From: an uncultured Gemmatimonadales bacterium
GTDB taxonomy: Bacteria > Gemmatimonadota > Gemmatimonadetes > Longimicrobiales > RSA9
Assembly (NCBI GenBank): GCA_963816355.1
Contig: CAWFKH010000003.1
Coordinates: 1,408,001-1,472,000, forward strand
DNA: 64,000 bases
Reading direction: 5' to 3'
The notes under the pieces were generated by a model, which was not told the origin of the DNA, did no database searches, and saw only the letters and a program-made list of their open reading frames with translations. Every line of letters begins with the position of its first letter. The first letter of the stretch is position 1. A program made the translations under genes and the position numbers. Shown in pieces: positions 19,404-31,453 of this stretch.

Positions 19404-20313
19404 GGCGCCCTCATCGCCTCGGCGACGGTGAGCGCGCGGCGGGCGGCGCGCACGTCGTGCACGCGGAAGAGTCGCGCGCCGCGCAGGAGCGCGACCACGC
19501 AGGCGGCGAGCGTCGGCTCGAGGCGCTGCTCCGGGGGCAGCCCGCCGGCCAGCTCTCCGACGAACCGCTTGCGCGACGGCCCCACCATCACGGGGCGGCC
19601 GAGCGCGACGATGCGGTCGAGCCGCGCGAGCAGTGCGGCACTGTGCTCCGTCCGCTTGGCGAAGCCGAGGCCGGGATCGAGGACGATCGCGTCGTCGGCT
19701 ACGCCCGCGCGCCGCGCGCGCGAGAGCGCCGCGTCCAGCTCGAGCGCCACCTCCCCCACCGGATCCTCGCCGTACTCCGCGAGCGCGTAGCGCGCCATCG
19801 TCGCGACGTCGCCGCGCGAGTGCATCAGCACGAGCCCCGCGCCCGCCTCCGCCACCGCCTCGCCCAGCGCCGGGTCGAGCCGCAGTCCCGACACGTCGTT
19901 CACCGCGGCGGCCCCCTCCGCGAGCGCCGCGCGCGCGACGCCCGCCTTCACCGTGTCCACCGACACCGGCATCGCGGGCCAGCGGCGGGCGATCTCACGC
20001 AACGCCGGCACCACCCTGCCGAGTTCCTCCGCCTCGGAGACCGGAGCGGCGCCGGGCCGCGTCGATTCGCCGCCGAGGTCCAGCACGTCCGCGCCTTCCT
20101 CGACGAGCTGCGCGGCGCGCCGCACGGCCGCTTCGCGGTCGGCGGCGCGCGAGCCGGACCAGAACGAGTCGGGCGTCGCGTTGATGATCCCGACGACGAG
20201 CGGGCGCGCCAGGGAAAGCGCGCCCGCTGCGGTCCACCATTCCGGGCCGGCGGAGGTCGAGGCCGGCGGCGCGGCGCCGGCGGCGGCGTCCGCGACGGGG
20301 TCGGTCCCCGTCC

Positions 20314-20317
<4 letters not shown>
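19400..20317 (-). CDS. folP: Dihydropteroate synthase
   Basis: INATPDSF, GGESTRPGA, DPGLGFAK, SRKRF, RVHDV. Confidence 0.95.
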
Positions 20318-22368
<2,051 letters not shown>

Positions 22369-22395
22369 TTTCGAACCCTTCAAGACCGTCTGCCC

Positions 22396-22950
22396 TCAGA
22401 GGCTCGCGATGAACGGGAGGTTGCGAAAGTCCTCGCTGTGGTCGAGCCCGTACCCGATGAGGAACTCCCGTGGTGCATCGAACCCCACCCAGCGCGGTTC
22501 GATCCCAATGTCTTCGGCGACGTGCTTGTGCAGGAGCGCGCACAGCTCGAGGCTCGCCGGGCCGCGAGCGCGCAGCAGCGGCACCAGCCGCCGCAACGTG
22601 TTCCCGCTGTCGATGATGTCCTCGACCAGCAGCACGTGCCGGCCGTCGAGCGACGCCTCGGTGTCGTAGAGGAGCCGTACCTCGCCGCTGCTCACCGTAC
22701 CGGAACCATAGCTGGAAGCGACAAGGAAGTCGACGTGGAGCGGCCGCTCGATCTGGCGCACCAGGTCGGCCAGGAAGATGAAGGACCCCTTCAGCAGGCC
22801 GAGCACGAGCAGCGGCTCGTCGGCCGGATAGGCGGCGCCAATGTCGCGGCCCATCGCCGCGACGCGGCCCGCGATGCGCTCCTCGTCGTAGACGATGCGC
22901 TTGAGCTGCTGGCCGCCCGTGCGGGCGAGGATCTGGGCGCTGTCAGGCAT
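22396..22950 (-). CDS. hpt: Hypoxanthine phosphoribosyltransferase
   Basis: LKGSFIF, VLLVEDIIDSGNTL, GYGLD. Confidence 0.95.
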   Translation of the reverse strand: MPDSAQILARTGGQQLKRIVYDEERIAGRVAAMGRDIGAAYPADEPLLVLGLLKGSFIFLADLVRQIERPLHVDFLVASSYGSGTVSSGEVRLLYDTEASLDGRHVLLVEDIIDSGNTLRRLVPLLRARGPASLELCALLHKHVAEDIGIEPRWVGFDAPREFLIGYGLDHSEDFRNLPFIASL

Positions 22951-24283
22951 CGGTGATCGTCAGGTGTAGTGCGGGCTCGGCCGGCCCCGGTTCCGTGTCC
23001 CTTCGCTGCGCGATCCCTTCCACCCACAGGATGTCGCCGCCGCCGTCGGCGAGCACCGCCCGCCGCACGCGAGCGCGGCGACCGACGCGGCGCTCGACGA
23101 AGAGCTTCTTGAGCTTCTTTGTGCCACAAGGCAGAACGAGTCGGTCGCCCGCCCTCCACCCACGCAGCAGCAGAGGGAAGCGCACCGCCGCCGCGGCGAT
23201 CGCGACATCACCGCCGCACGGCCCGGCCGCGAGAGACCAGCGCACGTGCAGCGCGCGGTCGACCAGCCGGGCGGTCCCCTCTCCGGCGGGCCCGGCAATG
23301 CACAGCGTGCGGCCGCTCGGCGCCGGTTCGTCGGCGACGTCGGCTCGACGGATCCGGAGCCGGTCGAACTCGCGTTCGAGGACGCAGCCGCCGGCGACCC
23401 GCAGCATCGTGCCGCTGGAGGCCGAGTTGATAAACGCCATGGCGGCGCGGGTTCCCGAACGGCCGGGAACGCTGCCCAGGCGAAGGAGGGCGCGCCGGAC
23501 GAGCCGCGTTCGGACATGCGGATGATAGGAGAGCAGCAAGGGCCTCGCAAGCTCCAACGCGCCATCGCTTTGCGCGAGGACGAGCCCTTCCTCGAGGCGC
23601 CTCAGGAGCGCGTCCCACGCGGCTTGCGCCGCGCGCGCCTCCCGCCCGAGCGCGAGCACCTCCTCGTCGATCCGCGGCGCGAGGGCCCGCAGCCGCGGCA
23701 GGATGTCGTGGCGGATGCGGTTGCGCGCGAACCTCGTCTCCCCGTTCGACGGATCCTCGCGCCAGGCAAGGTGCCCGGCCCGCGCGTGCGCGACGATCTC
23801 GGCGCGCCGGAACGGAAGCAGCGGCCGCACCACGCCTCCGCGCCGCGCCGGGATCCCCCTCATGCCCCGCACGCCGGTCCCGCGCGCGAGGCGGAAGAGA
23901 ATCGTCTCCACCTGATCGTCCGCGTGGTGGGCGGTTGCGATGCGCGCCGCGCCCGCGCCGGCCGCCGCACGCCGCAGGAAGCGGTAGCGCACCTCGCGCG
24001 CCGCGGCCTCCGAGGCGGGCGGAGCCGCGGCCGCCGCGGAGACGAGGGGCACGCTCCACTCCGCGCACAGGGCGGCGACCCATCCGGCGTCGGCTGCGCT
24101 CCCGTCACGCATGCGGTGGTCGAAGTGCGCGGCGGCGAGACGAAGGCCGAACGTGGGCGCCGCATCGCGCAGCAGATGCAGCAGTGTCACCGAGTCGACG
24201 CCGCCGGAGAGCGCGACGAGGACGGTGTCGCCCGGCCGCAACAGCGCGGAACATCGAAGATGGGTCTGGAAACGACGCGACAG
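22943..24283 (-). CDS. tilS: tRNA(Ile)-lysidine synthase TilS (start uncertain, possibly CTG)
   Basis: ALSGGVDS, TAHHADDQVET, DPSN, RNRIRH. Confidence 0.9.
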   Translation of the reverse strand: MSRRFQTHLRCSALLRPGDTVLVALSGGVDSVTLLHLLRDAAPTFGLRLAAAHFDHRMRDGSAADAGWVAALCAEWSVPLVSAAAAAPPASEAAAREVRYRFLRRAAAGAGAARIATAHHADDQVETILFRLARGTGVRGMRGIPARRGGVVRPLLPFRRAEIVAHARAGHLAWREDPSNGETRFARNRIRHDILPRLRALAPRIDEEVLALGREARAAQAAWDALLRRLEEGLVLAQSDGALELARPLLLSYHPHVRTRLVRRALLRLGSVPGRSGTRAAMAFINSASSGTMLRVAGGCVLEREFDRLRIRRADVADEPAPSGRTLCIAGPAGEGTARLVDRALHVRWSLAAGPCGGDVAIAAAAVRFPLLLRGWRAGDRLVLPCGTKKLKKLFVERRVGRRARVRRAVLADGGGDILWVEGIAQRRDTEPGPAEPALHLTITDA

Positions 24284-24419
24284 GCCGCGAGCTTCCTCCC
24301 CTCCCCCGACCGCCGGGGCACGCGCGGCGCGCGCGGCCACGCGCCTCAAACGCGACGCGGCCGGCCCCGCGCCGGGGCCGGCCGCGTCCGCTTCCGGGCC
24401 GGTGCTGGAGCCGCCGCCA

Positions 24420-24749
24420 TCACTCCTGCCGGGCCTCCGGGGCCGAGCCGCCGCCCACCTCCGGGGCCGAGCCGCCGCCCACCTCGGGGACCGAGCTGCC
24501 GGCGACCGCGCCGCCCTCGGCCGGCACCGGCCGGCGTGGCGCGTGGTGCCGCCACTCGTACCACGGCACGTAGGGCGCGGCGGGATCGAGCGAGGCACGG
24601 TCGCCGATGCCGCGGCGCTCGCGCTCGGCGCGCAGCCGGTCCGCGGGAACGATCTCCCCGCGCTCGACTGCGTCCGCGTGCGCGCCCGGCGGTGTCCCGG
24701 CCGCCGGAATGCCCCAGCCCTCCTCGAAGGACGCGTCGTAGGTCGCCAT
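24420..24749 (-). CDS. Hypothetical protein (109 aa) with PEVGGGSA repeat
   Basis: GAGGTGG SD before the ATG; fills the GDPD-tilS gap. Confidence 0.45.
   Translation of the reverse strand: MATYDASFEEGWGIPAAGTPPGAHADAVERGEIVPADRLRAERERRGIGDRASLDPAAPYVPWYEWRHHAPRRPVPAEGGAVAGSSVPEVGGGSAPEVGGGSAPEARQE
24434..24505. repeat. 24-nt tandem repeat (2 exact + 1 degenerate copy)
   Basis: Unit CCTCCGGGGCCGAGCCGCCGCCCA. Confidence 0.75.
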
Positions 24750-24838
24750 CTTCCACCTCGGCGAAAAAGGCCGCTTCGCGCGATCGGCTGACGTGGCAGG
24801 GGGGCGCGCGTGTAACGACAGGGGAAAAGTAGCAAGTT

Positions 24839-25669
24839 CTATTCCCCCGAGGAAGTCTCTCGCGCGGCGGCGCCGGGCGGCAGCGGCCGGCCGTCGCGCT
24901 CGTGGAGGACGGCGGCGAGACGGTCCGGTCGATCGGTGATGATGCCGTCGACGCCCCAATCGAGGAGCCGGTGCATCGCCGCTGCGTCGTTGACGGTCCA
25001 GATGGCGATCTGGGCGCCGTGACGGTGGAGCTCCCGCACGAAGCGGGGCGTGACGAGGCGGAGCGCGCCCGCCCGCTCCGGCACCTGGCACGCGTCGAAG
25101 CGGGGCCGCACCCAGCGGGCGAGGTGGAGCCTGTGGACGACGTAGAAAGCGCGCACCGCTTCCGTGGGCGCGCTACGCAGACCGGGATAGTCGCGCAGCT
25201 CGGAGAGGAAGGCCGCGTGCTCGCCGGCGGGCAGCACCCGATCGAATGCGTCGTGACGGCGGATCACATCGAGCAGCGGCCGCTGCGCCGCGGCCGTCTT
25301 CAACTCCACGATCAGCGGCGTGTCCGGGACGGCCTCGAGCACCTCGTCGAAGGTGGGCACGCGGACCCCGCGCCCGCGGTACGGGTGGTCGTCGCCGCCT
25401 TCCGGCGAGAAGCGGTGGCCGGCGTCGAGCTGGCGGAGGCGGGAGAGGGTGAAGCTGGCGACGTCGCCCGTACCATCCGTCGTGCGATCCACGCTCGGGT
25501 CGTGGATGACGACGCAGGCGCCGTCCGCGGTGACGCGAACGTCGAGCTCGATCGCGTCGGCCCGCCAGCGGTCGACGGCGGCGACGAACGCCTGCAGCGT
25601 GTTCTCCGGCGCGAGCCCCGCGCCGCCCCGGTGCGCGATCAGTTGCGGCGGCGGCGGGAGTCGGATCAC
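24839..25669 (-). CDS. Glycerophosphodiester phosphodiesterase
   Basis: IAHRGG, PENT, ELDV, HD, WTVN, GIITDRPD. Confidence 0.92.
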   Translation of the reverse strand: MIRLPPPPQLIAHRGGAGLAPENTLQAFVAAVDRWRADAIELDVRVTADGACVVIHDPSVDRTTDGTGDVASFTLSRLRQLDAGHRFSPEGGDDHPYRGRGVRVPTFDEVLEAVPDTPLIVELKTAAAQRPLLDVIRRHDAFDRVLPAGEHAAFLSELRDYPGLRSAPTEAVRAFYVVHRLHLARWVRPRFDACQVPERAGALRLVTPRFVRELHRHGAQIAIWTVNDAAAMHRLLDWGVDGIITDRPDRLAAVLHERDGRPLPPGAAARETSSGE

Positions 25670-26175
25670 TCCTCGCCGCCGGAGGTGGAGAGCTCGAGGC
25701 GATCAATGCGCTGGACGGGGATCGAGTGGAGGCGATAGAGGACGAGGTCGAAGAGCCGCTCGGCGGCCTGCCGCTCGAAGACGTGCTCCGGCTCGGTGGC
25801 GTCATCGCGCTCGACGCGGCGCTCCGCGAGGAAGAGCAGGATGTCCTCGACGACCTGCGGCCGAGGCGTCGGCGGAGCGGGCGAGTCGGGGCGCACCTCG
25901 CTCAGGAGAAGGCCGTCGACGAGCGCGAGGAAGCCCGGAAAGGTGAGCTCCACGAGCTCGCTGCCGCCCTCGCGCTCCTCCGCGGTGAGCGCCTCCCACG
26001 CGAGCTCGTTCCAGAAGAGCTCCTCCGCCTCCTCGAGGAGGAAGCGGCGGCGGTCTTCCGGCACCTGCGCGGCGCGGGGCGGCGGCAGTGGACGACCGAG
26101 CAGCCGCTCGAGTCTCGCGCGCCTGCGGGCCACGTATTGCTCCGCTCGTCGCCTCAATGAGCCGCGCTCGATCAT
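25666..26175 (-). CDS. Hypothetical protein
   Basis: Protein-like composition (EELFWNELAWE, FPGFLALVDGLL); coupled to GDPD by GTGA. Confidence 0.7.
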   Translation of the reverse strand: MIERGSLRRRAEQYVARRRARLERLLGRPLPPPRAAQVPEDRRRFLLEEAEELFWNELAWEALTAEEREGGSELVELTFPGFLALVDGLLLSEVRPDSPAPPTPRPQVVEDILLFLAERRVERDDATEPEHVFERQAAERLFDLVLYRLHSIPVQRIDRLELSTSGGEE

Positions 26176-26238
26176 GCCGGTCGGGGTGAAGGTGGCTTCG
26201 GGCGGGCAACATAGGCTGGCCGTGGCGGCGAGGCAAAC

Positions 26239-26374
26239 GCGAGCGGGCGGGCAGCGCGAGTGGGCAGCGCGAGCGGGCGGAGCGGGCGGGCAGCGCGAGT
26301 GGGCAGCGCGAGCGGGCGGAGCGGGCGCTGCGGAGTGGGCGCTGCGGAGTGGGCGCTGCGGAGTGGGCGCTGCG
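26239..26374. repeat. Intergenic G-rich tandem repeats
   Basis: About 39-nt unit x2, then GGGCGCTGCGGAGT x3 plus a partial copy. Confidence 0.75.
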
Positions 26375-26381
26375 TCGCGCC

Positions 26382-27290
26382 TCAGGCCGCGACGTGAGGC
26401 CGCACCGCCGGCCGGCCGCGCTTGCGGCGGGCGGCGGCATCCCGTGGAGGCACCAGCATCAGCGCGCCCTTGAAGCGGCGCGCGAGCTGGCCCGGCACAC
26501 CACAGAAGGCGACGCGGTCGCGGAAGGTGTAGGAGATGCTGCCGAGCGCGAGCAGGTCGGCCTCGTCCGCGGCGGCGATCTGGAGCAGGTGCGATACCGG
26601 CTCCCCCTCGATGACGGTGTCCTCGAGCTCGAGCCCGTCAGCATCGCCGATCGAGTCGCGCAGCCGCGCGAACTGAGCGGGCAGCGAGCCGACGTAGCAG
26701 TCCGTCCAACCCCACAGCGCGGCGGCGGGGAAGTCGAGACGCGGCATCACGTGGGTCAGGCGGATGCGACCCGAGGTGCCGACGAGCATCGCCGCGGCGC
26801 GGGCGACGGCCGCGCTGGAGCTTCCGAAATCGACGCCGACCACGGCGCGACGGGGCAGCTTCTGCAGCTCCGGCCCGACGAGCGCCACGGGCGACCGCGA
26901 GCCGCGCACGAGGGCGAGCAACTCGCCGCCGCAGGCGACGGACTCGATGCCGTTGCGGGGGACGAGGACGACGTCGGCACCCGTGCGGCCGGCGCTCTCC
27001 AGCGCGTCGGCGACGCCGCCCTCGACGGTGGCGATGCGCCACGCTTCGGCGGATGCGCCGAGGTCGTCGAGCTGGTGGCGGACGCGGTGCAGCATCTCGT
27101 CCTCCCGCGCGCGCGCCATTTCCGCGGCGTGCGGTAGGCTCGCGGCCATGCCGCTCGGGAGCGGAAGCGGCGCGAGCACGCCGAGGACACGTACCGTCGC
27201 GTCACGGTGGGCCGCGAGCTCGGCGGCGAGGCGAGCGACTCCGGCGCTCGCGGGACGCCCGTCGGTCACCGCCAGGACGCGCAGACTCAT
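26382..27290 (-). CDS. Universal stress protein (tandem USP domains)
   Basis: RVLAVTDG and RAVVGVDFGSSS...ADLLALGS; GGAG SD before ATG 27290. Confidence 0.82.
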   Translation of the reverse strand: MSLRVLAVTDGRPASAGVARLAAELAAHRDATVRVLGVLAPLPLPSGMAASLPHAAEMARAREDEMLHRVRHQLDDLGASAEAWRIATVEGGVADALESAGRTGADVVLVPRNGIESVACGGELLALVRGSRSPVALVGPELQKLPRRAVVGVDFGSSSAAVARAAAMLVGTSGRIRLTHVMPRLDFPAAALWGWTDCYVGSLPAQFARLRDSIGDADGLELEDTVIEGEPVSHLLQIAAADEADLLALGSISYTFRDRVAFCGVPGQLARRFKGALMLVPPRDAAARRKRGRPAVRPHVAA

Positions 27291-27470
27291 GATCGCGTTC
27301 TCCATGCACGGGGAGCGGCCGGCGAGGAACGCGCCTCCCCGGTCCAGCGAAGGAGCGACGGCTCGAGTGGGGACGGCGCGGCGCGGCTCGTGGAGCAAGC
27401 TAGCGAAGGCCCACGGGCGCGTGTGCAGGGAAAAGGCGGAAAGGATGTGGGACGAAGACGACGGCGCCGT

Positions 27471-27487
27471 GTGGGGAAGCACCCTAC
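27471..27487. promoter_or_regulatory. Palindromic operator candidate GTGGGG-N5-CCCTAC
   Basis: Upstream of the USP gene; the same motif recurs at 31264, 50854 and 56620. Confidence 0.45.
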
Positions 27488-27524
27488 GCAGCGGCAGTCG
27501 TCGCGCCGCCGCGGCGCCGCCCGC

Positions 27525-29351
27525 CTACTCGGTGCCGCTGGCGGCGGGAAGCGTGAAGGAGAGCGTCGTTCCGACGCCGATCTCGCTCGACGCCTGGATG
27601 ACGCCGCCGTGCGCCTCGACAATGCCGCGCGCGATCGCGAGACCGAGGCCGGCGCCCCGGCGGCCGCTGCTGCGCTTCCCCTGCCAGAAGCGGTCGAAGA
27701 CGTGCTCGAGCTGCTCGGACGGAATGCCCGGTCCGCTGTCACGCACCAGGAAGCGGACCCAGCCGGTGCCCTCCACGCGCGCGGCGACCACGATCCGGCC
27801 GCCGGCGGGAGTGAACTTGACCGCATTGCCCAGCAGGTTCCCGAACACCTGCAGGAGGCGCTCGCGGTCTCCGCGCACCGGCGGCAGGTCCGGCGTCACC
27901 TCCTGTTCGAGCCCGATCATCGCTTCCGCGGCGATCGGCTCGATGCGCGTGACGGCATCCTTCACCAGCGTGGCCGCCGAGTGGCGATCCCATTCCAGCG
28001 AGAGCCGGCCGGATTCGATGCGCTGCACCTCGAGCAGGTCGTCGATCAGGCGCTGCATCTGCTCGGCCGAGACGCGGATGGTCTCCAGGTAATCCCAGGC
28101 GGCGCGCTCGCGGTCCTCGTCGGAGAGGTTGCGCAGGAGCAGACGCGTGCCGATGAAGATCGCGGCGAGCGGATTGCCCAGGTCGTGCGAGACGACCGAG
28201 AGCACCTCGTTGCGCGCCGTGATCGCCTGGCGCGCCTCGCGGTAGAGGCGGGCGTTGTCCAGCGCGAGCGCGGCGCGGCGCGCGAGCTCCTCGGCGAGGT
28301 CGACGTCGTCCTCGCCGTAGCGGGCGGCCGTGGCCGAGTAGAACGCGATCGCGCCCACGGTGCGGCCGCGGGCGACGAGCGGGACGGCGAGCATCGAGGC
28401 CATGCCGAGCGCATCGATAGCGCGGCGGTGCTCGGGCGACGTGCTCATCTCGTCGCGCACGGACTCGTCGATCCGGTCGAGGCGGACGGCGAGGCCCTGG
28501 TCGATCGCGGTGCGCGCCGGGTGCGGCACCTCGATCACGCGGTGCGCCTCCAGCACGCCGAGCTGCGCACGCTGCTCGGGGTCGGCGTGGGCGGCGTGCA
28601 CGCGTCGTACGACGCCGTCCTCCTCGCGCAGATAGATCGCGCACCAGTCGCCGAGGTGGCCGAGGGCGACCGAGGCGACGCTCTGTAGAGTGGCGTCGTA
28701 ATCGAGGGAAGCGGAGAGCAGCGAGCCGGCGGTGGCGAGCAGCCGCTGCCCCTCCTCGCGCCGCCGGCGCTGCGTGATGTCGCGCAGGACGACGGTGAAG
28801 ATCCAGCGGTCCTCCACGTGGATCTTCGAGATCGCCGCTTCGGCCGGGAACTGCTCACCGTCGCGACGCCGCCCCACGATGTCGACGTCGCGGCGCTCGC
28901 CCATGCGGCGCGCGGCGACCGGCGCGTCCGCGAAGCCGGCAATGTGGCGCTCGTGGATGTCGCGGAATCGCTCCGGCAGGAGGATCGCGAGCGGCCGGCC
29001 GAGCACCTCGTCCGCGGCGTAGCCGAAGATCTGCTCGGCACCCGCGTTGAAGTCCGTGATGCGGTGCTTCTCGTTGATCGAGATGATCGCGTCGGTGGCG
29101 ATGCCGATCATCCCCTTGAACTTCGCCCGCGTGAAGCGGAGGTCCGCCTCGATGCGGCGACGCCGGCGCACCAGCAGGAAGAGGGAAGCGAGGGCGATCG
29201 CAGCGAGCGCGAGGAGAGACCAGGGCGCCGCCGCGGGAAGGATGTCGATGCGAAGACCAGTGGGCACGAGGTGCGCCGCCCCGCCGCGCGGCAGCCGGCC
29301 AGGCCCGGCCGTGACGGCCGGAAATACGCGAAGGAGGAGTGGAAGCGACAT
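27525..29351 (-). CDS. TM-PAS-GAF sensor histidine kinase
   Basis: PAS (FNAGAEQIFGY), GAF, SHDLGNPL, NLLGNAVKFT, GAGLGL; start uncertain. Confidence 0.9.
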   Translation of the reverse strand: MSLPLLLRVFPAVTAGPGRLPRGGAAHLVPTGLRIDILPAAAPWSLLALAAIALASLFLLVRRRRRIEADLRFTRAKFKGMIGIATDAIISINEKHRITDFNAGAEQIFGYAADEVLGRPLAILLPERFRDIHERHIAGFADAPVAARRMGERRDVDIVGRRRDGEQFPAEAAISKIHVEDRWIFTVVLRDITQRRRREEGQRLLATAGSLLSASLDYDATLQSVASVALGHLGDWCAIYLREEDGVVRRVHAAHADPEQRAQLGVLEAHRVIEVPHPARTAIDQGLAVRLDRIDESVRDEMSTSPEHRRAIDALGMASMLAVPLVARGRTVGAIAFYSATAARYGEDDVDLAEELARRAALALDNARLYREARQAITARNEVLSVVSHDLGNPLAAIFIGTRLLLRNLSDEDRERAAWDYLETIRVSAEQMQRLIDDLLEVQRIESGRLSLEWDRHSAATLVKDAVTRIEPIAAEAMIGLEQEVTPDLPPVRGDRERLLQVFGNLLGNAVKFTPAGGRIVVAARVEGTGWVRFLVRDSGPGIPSEQLEHVFDRFWQGKRSSGRRGAGLGLAIARGIVEAHGGVIQASSEIGVGTTLSFTLPAASGTE

Positions 29352-29416
29352 CGCCGCGCAGAAGCTAGCGCGCGCGGACACGCCGCGCCACGGCGCCGTC
29401 GCGGCGCGGGCCGCGG

Positions 29417-30073
29417 CTATTCGCGCTTCAGCAATCCGCTCTGCAGCGCGAACCGGACGAGCTCGGAGCGGTGGTTGAGGCTCAGCTTCTCCATGATCCG
29501 CGACCGATAGGTGTCGACGGTCTTCGGCGAGATGAAGAGCTTCTCCCCGATCTCGCTGGAGGTGAACCCTTCGGCGGTCATGAGCATGACGTCGCGCTCG
29601 CGGTCGCTCAGCTTGTCGAGCGGATCCTCCTCCTTCGGCTGGCGCTTCACGCGATAGCCCTGGAGCAGCAGCTTGGCCGCGTTCGGGTAGAGGAAGACCT
29701 CGTCGCGGGCGACGGTCCGTATGGCGTTGATCAGGTCCTCGTCCGCGCTCGTCTTGCGTACGTACCCGCTGCCACCCGCCTCCAGCACCGGGAGCAAGTA
29801 CTCCTCCTCGGAGTGCATCGTCAGGACCAGGACGCGGGTGCCCTGCTTCAACGCCACGATCTGCTTCGTCGCCTCGAGCCCGTCCAGCTCCGGCATCGAC
29901 AGATCCATCACGACGATGTCCGGCTTCAACTGCTCCGAGCGCGCCACCGCCTCCTGCCCGGTCGAGGCCTCACCGACCACGCGAATGTCCGCCTCCGCGT
30001 CGAGCAACGCCTTCAATCCCGCGCGCAGCACCGCATGGTCGTCCGCAATCAGGATTCGAATCAGATCAGACAT
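29417..30073 (-). CDS. NarL/FixJ-family (NreC-like) response regulator
   Basis: IADDHAVLRAG, MDLSMP, LTMH, LuxR HTH ISPKTVDTYRSRIMEKL. Confidence 0.92.
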   Translation of the reverse strand: MSDLIRILIADDHAVLRAGLKALLDAEADIRVVGEASTGQEAVARSEQLKPDIVVMDLSMPELDGLEATKQIVALKQGTRVLVLTMHSEEEYLLPVLEAGGSGYVRKTSADEDLINAIRTVARDEVFLYPNAAKLLLQGYRVKRQPKEEDPLDKLSDRERDVMLMTAEGFTSSEIGEKLFISPKTVDTYRSRIMEKLSLNHRSELVRFALQSGLLKRE

Positions 30074-31121
30074 TGGCCACCGTCCCCGCGACTGGGATGT
30101 CCACCTCGATGCGAGTGCCGCGACCGGGCGCGCTGCGCACCTCGGTCCGCCCGGAAAGATATGCAGCCCGCTCCTGCATGCCCAGAATTCCGAGCCCTTC
30201 CCCACTCTTCGCCAGCACGGCGTCCAGGTCGAAGCCGTTGCCGTTGTCGCTGATCGACGCCTGCACCCGCTCGCCGGCACGACGCAGCGTCACGCTCGCG
30301 CGCGTCGCCGCCGCGTGCCGCGCCACGTTCGAAAGCGCCGCCTGGATGATCCGGTACAGCGCGAGCTCGCCCTCCTCGTTCAGCGCGTCGCCGATGTCCT
30401 CGATGTCGACGTCGACCTCGATGCCGGCGGTGTCGGCGACCATCGCGGCGTGCGAGTTCACCGCCGCGGCGAGGCCGAGCATCTCGAGCGCCGGCGGGCG
30501 CAGCCCCTGCGCGACGCTGCGCACCCGCTCCACGGCGACCGAGAGCTCCTCGCGCATCTCGTCGAGCACCCGCTGGCGGAGGCGCTCGTCGCCGCTGTTG
30601 CGCGCCAGGCGCACCCGCAGCATCAGCCCGGCCAGCGACTGCGCCGTCTCGTCGTGCAGCTCGCGCGCGATGCGCTTGCGCTCCTCTTCCGCGGCGCCGA
30701 GCGCGCGCGCCGCGATCTCGCGCAGGCGCAACCGGTAGGCGGCGATCCCGTCGAGCATCGCGTTGAACGTCGCGGCCAGACGCGAGAGGTTGCGGTCGGC
30801 CAGCGGCGACCCGGCGACGCGCGCGTCGAATTCGCCGGCGCCCACCCGCGCCGCCGTCGTCTCCAGCGCGCGCAGCGGCTGCAGCGCCACCCACACGATC
30901 ACGGCGTTCACCACGACCGAGACAACGAGGGCGCCGGCCGCCAGCGCGACGAGCCACTCCACCTTGGGTCCCGTGCCGTGCTGGGCTCCGACCAGGAAGC
31001 CCGCGGCGGACGCGAGCAGCACGACCCCCGCGTTCGCGACCAGCACCTTCCAGAATAGCGGGATCGCGAGCAGCGGCCGGATCAAGCGCGCAAAGATGAC
31101 GTCCTTCGTGGCTCCCTCCAT
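30066..31121 (-). CDS. HAMP + HisKA_3 sensor histidine kinase
   Basis: Two TMs with a very short loop, HAMP, EERKRIARELHDE, DNGNGF, GMQERA; start uncertain. Confidence 0.88.
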   Translation of the reverse strand: MEGATKDVIFARLIRPLLAIPLFWKVLVANAGVVLLASAAGFLVGAQHGTGPKVEWLVALAAGALVVSVVVNAVIVWVALQPLRALETTAARVGAGEFDARVAGSPLADRNLSRLAATFNAMLDGIAAYRLRLREIAARALGAAEEERKRIARELHDETAQSLAGLMLRVRLARNSGDERLRQRVLDEMREELSVAVERVRSVAQGLRPPALEMLGLAAAVNSHAAMVADTAGIEVDVDIEDIGDALNEEGELALYRIIQAALSNVARHAAATRASVTLRRAGERVQASISDNGNGFDLDAVLAKSGEGLGILGMQERAAYLSGRTEVRSAPGRGTRIEVDIPVAGTVANV

Positions 31122-31241
31122 CCGCCCGCTCACGAAGGGCCTTGCCCTCCGTGGAACGGCCGGGATATACATGAGCGCGCCCAAGCGGACCCCGGGCGCG
31201 TTGTCGCGTACGAATGATCCGCAGACGCCTCCCCCTTCGCA

Positions 31242-31280
31242 GTCGGGCACGTCCGGAATCGGTGTGGGGAAAATCCTGAC
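31242..31280. promoter_or_regulatory. Tandem palindromic operator candidates 22 bp apart
   Basis: GTCGGG-N5-CCGGAA (31242) and GTGGGG-N5-CCTGAC (31264) in the divergent intergenic region. Confidence 0.45.
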
Positions 31281-31453
31281 GGCAAGAGCCGGACGCCGCC
31301 GCTTGTCGCAGCGGGGAGGATCGCGGACGGATCGGTCTTGGTCCATTACCTGCCACCGAAGACGGGCCACCGCCGTTCGGGCGCTCTCGGCAGGGGCCGG
31401 ACCGACGGCCTCCGCGCGCCTCGCGCGGTGGACTCGAATGAGAGGGAGTGGCG

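Noticed and set aside
26239..26374. CRISPR array or coding repeat
   Set aside because: No spacers; the overlapping ORFs are low-complexity translations of the repeat.
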